DNA of 64,000 nucleotides from Bacteroidales bacterium (GTDB lineage Bacteria; Bacteroidota; Bacteroidia; Bacteroidales; UBA12077). The notes under the pieces were generated by a model. The model worked only from the letters and a program-made list of their open reading frames with translations. It searched no databases and was not told the origin of the DNA. The position numbers and the translations under genes are program-made. The stretch lies in NCBI GenBank assembly GCA_036351015.1, contig JAZBOG010000034.1, positions 21,665 through 85,664 of the forward strand, written 5' to 3'. Shown here one piece after another: positions 59,223 through 64,000 of this stretch; position 1 is the first letter of the stretch; every line of letters starts with the position of its first letter.

Positions 59223-61961
59223 ATGAAACAATTAACGCTATTTATTTCTCTTTTTCTGTTTTTCATCTCCTCAACATTTGCCCAAACCGGGTCAATTAAA
59301 GGAGTAATTATAGAAAGCAGGAATACTGAGCCTCTAAAGGAGGTAAATATTATAGTAAAAGGAACCAACCTAGAAGAATTTTCTAAATCAAACGGCGAAT
59401 TTTTAATCAATCATGTACCCGTTGGTGAAGGGAATCTGGTTTTCAGGTTAGAAAATTATGAGACCAAAGAGATTCCTTATGTTCTCAAAGAAAATGATCT
59501 GCTTGATATCGGGACCATAACTTTACAGTATGCCCCCACCAAGCAAAAAGACAAGGACGACCTTCCTATGGTGGTATTGGATGCCGGGGATTTAGAGGAC
59601 AACGAGGCCGATCAGGGGATTGGAGGATTGTTGCACTCCTCGGATGATATTTTTGCCTCCACAGCTGCCTATACTTTTGGTGCTGCCCGTTTCGATATAC
59701 GTGGCTTTGGATCGGAAAACTCCACGGTATTTTTTAATGGGATCAGGATGAATAACCTGGAAACGGGAAGGCCTTACTGGTCGGACTGGGGTGGATTAAA
59801 TGATGCTACCCGAAACGAGGAATTATTTTATGGAATGGATAACAACAAATATTCATTAACTACCATCGGAAGTGGTTCTAATATTATTACCAGGGCATCG
59901 GAATACAGTCCCGGAATAAAAGTGTCGTACATGAATACCAATAAATACTACAATAACCGTGTAATGGCAACAGCCTCGACCGGGTTAATGGATAACAACT
60001 GGGCATTTACCATTTCGGGTTCGCGCCGGTGGTCGCAGGAAGGTTATGTGGAAGGAACCTTTTACGATGCGAATGCAGTGCTTTTAGCCGCGGAAAAAAT
60101 TCTTAACGATCATCATACCATTTCTTTAACCGCATTTGTTACCCCCAACAAAAGAGGGAAACTGATCGGTTCAACCCAGGAAGCATACGACTATGTTGAT
60201 AACAACTATTACAATGCAAACTGGGGCTATCAGGACGGTGAAAAAAGAAATTCAAGAATATCCAATACCTTTAAACCCTTTATTGAGTTAAATCACTTTT
60301 GGGATTACAATGATAAATTAAAAATAAATACCGCGGTAGCATACTCGTTTGGCCGTGACGGTGACACCAGGCTAAACTGGTACGATGCTGCAGACCCACG
60401 TCCCAATTATTACAAATATTTACCATACTTTAACCGGGATGTGGAAGGTTATACCTGGGATAACCAGCAGGTTGACTGGGACTTTTTCTATTTCGCCAAC
60501 CGGAAAAACCTTTATACCCAGGAAGATGTTGATGGAATTGATGGGAACGATGTGGATTTTATCCGTGCAAAATATATGATCGAAGATCAGCGCATTGATC
60601 ATAATCAGATTATTGCAAATGCACATTTGATTTACGACCTGAACGATAACCTCCGGTTAACCGGTAGTATTGACTATAACTGGTACAAGGGAAAGCACTT
60701 CAAGCTGGTGGATGATTTATTGGGAGCTGAATACTGGGTGGATATTGATCATTTTGCCGAAAGAGATTTTGCCGATCCCGTAATTGCCCAAAGCGACCTG
60801 GACAACCCCAACCGGTTAGTTGAAGAGGGAGATGTTTTCGGATACGACTTTGATGCCAATATTCAGAAAATCGGTGGGTTTATAAAGGGTGACTATACCT
60901 TAGGAAAAGTAGATGCTTACCTGGGTGTTGACCTGTCGAATACCAGCTTTTACCGCACCGGGAATATGCGTAACGGAAAATTCCCGGAAAACTCCGCCGG
61001 GAACTCCGAAAAACAATCGTTCTTTAACTATGCTCTCTCGGGCGGAGCTACCTTTAAACTAACCGGGCGCCACATTTTCACCGGGAATGCCACCTATATG
61101 ACCCGGGCACCGTTTTTTGAGAATGCCTATGTTTCGCCCAGAACCAGGAATGTTGAAGTGGACGGGCTCACCAGCGAGAAGATTCTTTCGACCGATCTGA
61201 ATTATATTATCCGAATGCCTGGGTTGCGGGGAAGGATCACCGGATACTATTCAACCTTTAAGGACCAGATTGATGTGATGAGCTTCTATCACGACGATTA
61301 CAACAGCTTTGTTAATTACTCGATGACCGGAATTGACAAAAAACACTTTGGTACCGAAGTCGGTCTTGAATATGATATTACCACCACCTTAAGTGTACAG
61401 GGGGTTGCAGCCATAGGACAGTATACCTATGACTCCAGACCCAATGTTACCATTACACGGGATAACGATGCCGAAACATTAGGTGAGGCCAATCAAACAG
61501 TGTATGTAAAAAACTTTTATGTGGATGGAACTCCACAACAAGCCTATTCTGTAGGACTTAGTTACAACTCTCCACAATACTGGTGGCTGGAAGTAAATGC
61601 CAGCTATTTTGATGATATCTACTTAAGTTTCAATCCTGCCCGCCGGACATCTGATGCAATTGTGGGACTGGAACCAGACTCACCCTATGGTGCTGCAAAA
61701 ATTCAAGAGATTACGCAACAGGAAAAATTAGCCAGCCATTACACGGTTGATCTTTCCGGGGGTAAATCCTGGAAATTCGGAGATTATTACCTGAGCCTTT
61801 ATGCCAACATCTCTAACCTCCTTGACAATCAGGAGTTCATTACAGGCGGCTATGAACAATTAAGATTTGACTATCAAAACCAGGATGTAAATAAATTCTC
61901 CCCGGTATATTATTATATGTGGGGAAGAACCTACATGCTAATATTAACCTTTAGATTTTAA
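59223..61961 (+). CDS. TonB-dependent receptor with a carboxypeptidase-regulatory-like N-terminal domain
   Basis: 912 aa with a signal peptide, a CarboxypepD_reg-like segment (GSIKGVIIESRNTEPLKEVNIIVKGT) and a plug (FDIRGFGSENSTVFFNGIRMNN). The barrel ends in TFRF. Confidence 0.85.
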   Translation: MKQLTLFISLFLFFISSTFAQTGSIKGVIIESRNTEPLKEVNIIVKGTNLEEFSKSNGEFLINHVPVGEGNLVFRLENYETKEIPYVLKENDLLDIGTITLQYAPTKQKDKDDLPMVVLDAGDLEDNEADQGIGGLLHSSDDIFASTAAYTFGAARFDIRGFGSENSTVFFNGIRMNNLETGRPYWSDWGGLNDATRNEELFYGMDNNKYSLTTIGSGSNIITRASEYSPGIKVSYMNTNKYYNNRVMATASTGLMDNNWAFTISGSRRWSQEGYVEGTFYDANAVLLAAEKILNDHHTISLTAFVTPNKRGKLIGSTQEAYDYVDNNYYNANWGYQDGEKRNSRISNTFKPFIELNHFWDYNDKLKINTAVAYSFGRDGDTRLNWYDAADPRPNYYKYLPYFNRDVEGYTWDNQQVDWDFFYFANRKNLYTQEDVDGIDGNDVDFIRAKYMIEDQRIDHNQIIANAHLIYDLNDNLRLTGSIDYNWYKGKHFKLVDDLLGAEYWVDIDHFAERDFADPVIAQSDLDNPNRLVEEGDVFGYDFDANIQKIGGFIKGDYTLGKVDAYLGVDLSNTSFYRTGNMRNGKFPENSAGNSEKQSFFNYALSGGATFKLTGRHIFTGNATYMTRAPFFENAYVSPRTRNVEVDGLTSEKILSTDLNYIIRMPGLRGRITGYYSTFKDQIDVMSFYHDDYNSFVNYSMTGIDKKHFGTEVGLEYDITTTLSVQGVAAIGQYTYDSRPNVTITRDNDAETLGEANQTVYVKNFYVDGTPQQAYSVGLSYNSPQYWWLEVNASYFDDIYLSFNPARRTSDAIVGLEPDSPYGAAKIQEITQQEKLASHYTVDLSGGKSWKFGDYYLSLYANISNLLDNQEFITGGYEQLRFDYQNQDVNKFSPVYYYMWGRTYMLILTFRF

Positions 61962-61994
61962 TGATCAATAAAAACAATAAAAAAACAACATATC

Positions 61995-63263
61995 ATGAAA
62001 AAAATGAATAAAAAATCAGTAATCTATACATTAATCTTTGCTTTGTCAATGACAATGTTTTCGTGTGTGGATGACGAATTTGACACACCCCCCGAGCGAA
62101 CCATCCCCGAAGGAGACCCCATTACCATTCAGGAAGTAAAAAACCTGTTTAATGATGAAGGAGATTATCAGTTTACTACGGATCAATCCATTTATGCTGT
62201 AGTAACCATGGATGACAAGAGTGGAAACATATACAAAACTGCTTATATCCAGGATCATACCGGAGCAATCGCCTTACACATGGACGCCTCGGGAGGATTG
62301 TACGAAGGGGATTCAATCCGTATTCAACTAAACGGATTAAAAGTAGGTCAGTACGAAAACTTATTCCAGATTGATGCACCGGACGGAAATGGTTTTACCA
62401 TGGACGAATATATCACCAAACTGGATACCCGGGTTGACGTAGCCCCGGAACAGGTTACTATTCTTGATATCGTTTCAGGAATGGACTACTACCAGTGTAG
62501 AATTGTTAAGTTAGACAACGTTCAGTTTATTCCCTCGGATACTTCAAAAACCTATGCCAACGGAGATGATCTGATAACAGAAAACAGAACGATTGAAGAC
62601 CAGGATGGAAATACCCTCATTATCAGAACCAGCGGGTATGCATCTTTTGCAAATGATGCAGTTCCTAACGGCAGTGGATCATTAGTGGCTATCGTTGGTC
62701 AGTACAGGGACGATGTTCAGCTATACATCCGTTCGGCCGAAGAAGTTAATATGAATAATGAACGTTTTGATGTGATTGAATCGGTAATTTCATTTGATAA
62801 TTTTGGTACACAGGGACAATTCTATCAATACAGCGTTACCGGCGATCAGGTATGGACCCTGGCCACCTATGGATACGCAAAAATGACCGGTTATGACGGA
62901 TCCCAGTTTGCCAATGAGGACTGGCTGATCTCATCGGCGCTTGACCTTACCGACAAATCGAATGTTATTCTCAACTTCAGGCATACTGCCGGATATGTTT
63001 ATACCGGGGTATGGGATGATCTGCAACTCCTTGTATCCGATGATTATTCAGGTAGCGGCGATCCCAACGAAGCCACCTGGACTTCCTATACCTTTACCAC
63101 CCCTCCGGCAGAACCTTTCTGGACATGGGTTGACTCGGGAGACATAGATCTTTCGGCTCATGATGGTAACAACAATGTGTATGTGGCATTTAAATACGTA
63201 AGTACCACATCAAATTGTGCCACCTGGGAAATTGAAGATATTGTCCTGAGTGAAGGGATATAA
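61995..63263 (+). CDS. Surface lipoprotein with an OB-fold-like (DUF5689-type) N-terminal region and a choice-of-anchor-J-like C-terminal domain
   Basis: 422 aa with the lipobox MTMFSC. YAVVTMDDKSGNIYKTAYIQDHTGAIALHM...GDSIRIQLNGLKVGQYENLFQI resembles the OB-fold module of extracellular nucleases. The C-terminal NEDWLISSALDL is typical of choice-of-anchor J. All recognised by eye only. Confidence 0.65.
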   Translation: MKKMNKKSVIYTLIFALSMTMFSCVDDEFDTPPERTIPEGDPITIQEVKNLFNDEGDYQFTTDQSIYAVVTMDDKSGNIYKTAYIQDHTGAIALHMDASGGLYEGDSIRIQLNGLKVGQYENLFQIDAPDGNGFTMDEYITKLDTRVDVAPEQVTILDIVSGMDYYQCRIVKLDNVQFIPSDTSKTYANGDDLITENRTIEDQDGNTLIIRTSGYASFANDAVPNGSGSLVAIVGQYRDDVQLYIRSAEEVNMNNERFDVIESVISFDNFGTQGQFYQYSVTGDQVWTLATYGYAKMTGYDGSQFANEDWLISSALDLTDKSNVILNFRHTAGYVYTGVWDDLQLLVSDDYSGSGDPNEATWTSYTFTTPPAEPFWTWVDSGDIDLSAHDGNNNVYVAFKYVSTTSNCATWEIEDIVLSEGI

Positions 63264-63272
63264 AAAACAACA

Positions 63273-63303
63273 AAATCCGGTGATTATCTCACCGGATTTT
63301 TTA
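63273..63303 (+). terminator. Rho-independent terminator after 61995-63263
   Basis: AAATCCGGTGA-TTATC-TCACCGGATTT followed by TTTT. Confidence 0.65.
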
Positions 63304-63310
63304 ATACCCA

Positions 63311-63345
63311 AAAAAACCGGGCTGATTTTCCAGTCCGGTTTTTAT
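63311..63345 (-). terminator. Terminator after gcvH
   Basis: ACCGGGCTG-ATTTTC-CAGTCCGGT stem. It is flanked by A-runs on the plus strand, which read as U-tracts on the minus strand. Confidence 0.55.
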
Positions 63346-63367
63346 TTTCTGGTATTTACAAGCTTCT

Positions 63368-63754
63368 TTAAGCTTCCAATAATTCCTTATAAGCGGCAGC
63401 ATCCAATAAATCATTGAGCTCTGCTTCGTCTTTAATACTGATTTTAATTAACCAACCCTCACCATAAGGATCTTTATTAACGATTTCGGGAGTTTCTTCC
63501 AGTTTTCCGTTTACTTCTAATACTTCGCCGGAAACAGGCATAAACATATCCGAAACAGTTTTTACGGCTTCGATGGTTCCAAATACTTCTTCTTTGTCCA
63601 GCTCTTCGCCTTCGGTTTCAATTTCTACAAACACCACGTCGCCTAATTCGCCTTGAGCATACTCTGTAATACCAACATAAGCTTCTTTACCTTCAACACG
63701 AATCCATTCGTGATCTTTTGTAAACTTTAGATTTTCCGGAATATTCATAATCAA
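63368..63754 (-). CDS. gcvH: Glycine cleavage system protein H
   Basis: 128 aa with [30 protein letters not shown], and the lipoyl-lysine context IEAVKTVSD. Confidence 0.93.
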   Translation of the reverse strand: MIMNIPENLKFTKDHEWIRVEGKEAYVGITEYAQGELGDVVFVEIETEGEELDKEEVFGTIEAVKTVSDMFMPVSGEVLEVNGKLEETPEIVNKDPYGEGWLIKISIKDEAELNDLLDAAAYKELLEA

Positions 63755-63828
63755 ATTATTTTAAAAAGATTAATTATACAAACACATAAATTTCAATCCA
63801 AAATTAAACAATTTTTCTGAAAATAAAG

Positions 63829-64000
63829 TTATTCTGTTAAAGTAAATCGAAGACTAAAGCCGATATCGGTATTTGAGGTCCGGTAAGCATTACCAATCAG
63901 CGGATCGGAAATATTCTGATCATAAAAAAGACGAAGTGTCAAACGGTTGCTAAGCATATAATCGGCCGAAATACCAATGATGGTATTTTTTTGCCCTGCC
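63829..64000 (-). CDS. 3-prime end of a gene truncated by the window edge; beta-strand-rich C-terminus, probably an outer-membrane protein
   Basis: My own minus-strand translation gives ...IIGISADYMLSNRLTLRLFYDQNISDPLIGNAYRTSNTDIGFSLRFTLTE followed by a stop at 63829-63831. It is not in the ORF track because there is no start codon in the window. Identity unknown. Confidence 0.4.
   Translation of the reverse strand, partial: AGQKNTIIGISADYMLSNRLTLRLFYDQNISDPLIGNAYRTSNTDIGFSLRFTLTE

Overview
This 64-kb window is gene-dense and AT-rich, and reads as a chromosomal segment from a Bacteroidota genome. The phylum call is inference. It rests on a fused lpxC/fabZ gene, TonB-dependent receptors with carboxypeptidase-regulatory-like N-termini, TAnnTTTG-type -7 promoter boxes, and DUF3078, DUF5689 and GSCFA family genes. 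I saw no transposase, integrase, reverse transcriptase, cas gene or CRISPR array. About 14.2-64 kb is mostly core housekeeping: groES-groEL; a secG / lptE-like / sigma-54 activator cluster; kdsB; dxs; tRNA-Leu(CAA); dCMP deaminase; S41 protease; queG; a complete sufBCDSE+DUF59 operon; thiL; lpxD-lpxC/fabZ-lpxA; rimP-nusA-infB; and gcvH. The first ~14 kb is accessory-like. It holds a beta-lactamase-fold hydrolase, a class II Fic gene, an orphan histidine kinase, two NmrA-like genes, membrane-tethered LytTR and XRE regulators, and small secreted proteins. The most interesting items are as follows. (1) A tightly packed four-gene operon at 30898-36860: TonB-dependent receptor, type I periplasmic binding protein, YfiR/DUF4154-like protein, and a hybrid histidine kinase with a YfiN-type periplasmic sensor. 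It looks like a rewired YfiR-type envelope signalling system. (2) A divergent cluster at 57985-63263: secreted EEP nuclease-like protein, TonB-dependent receptor, and a surface lipoprotein with an OB-fold-like domain. This is a candidate extracellular nucleic-acid capture and uptake system. (3) The Fic gene is bracketed by two diverged copies of a GC-rich element carrying a compensatory hairpin, and its promoter holds three TGCGAC boxes. (4) Candidate structured leaders lie upstream of a DUF2200 gene and of rimP-nusA-infB. All family assignments come from motifs read by eye in the translated ORFs. No database search was run.
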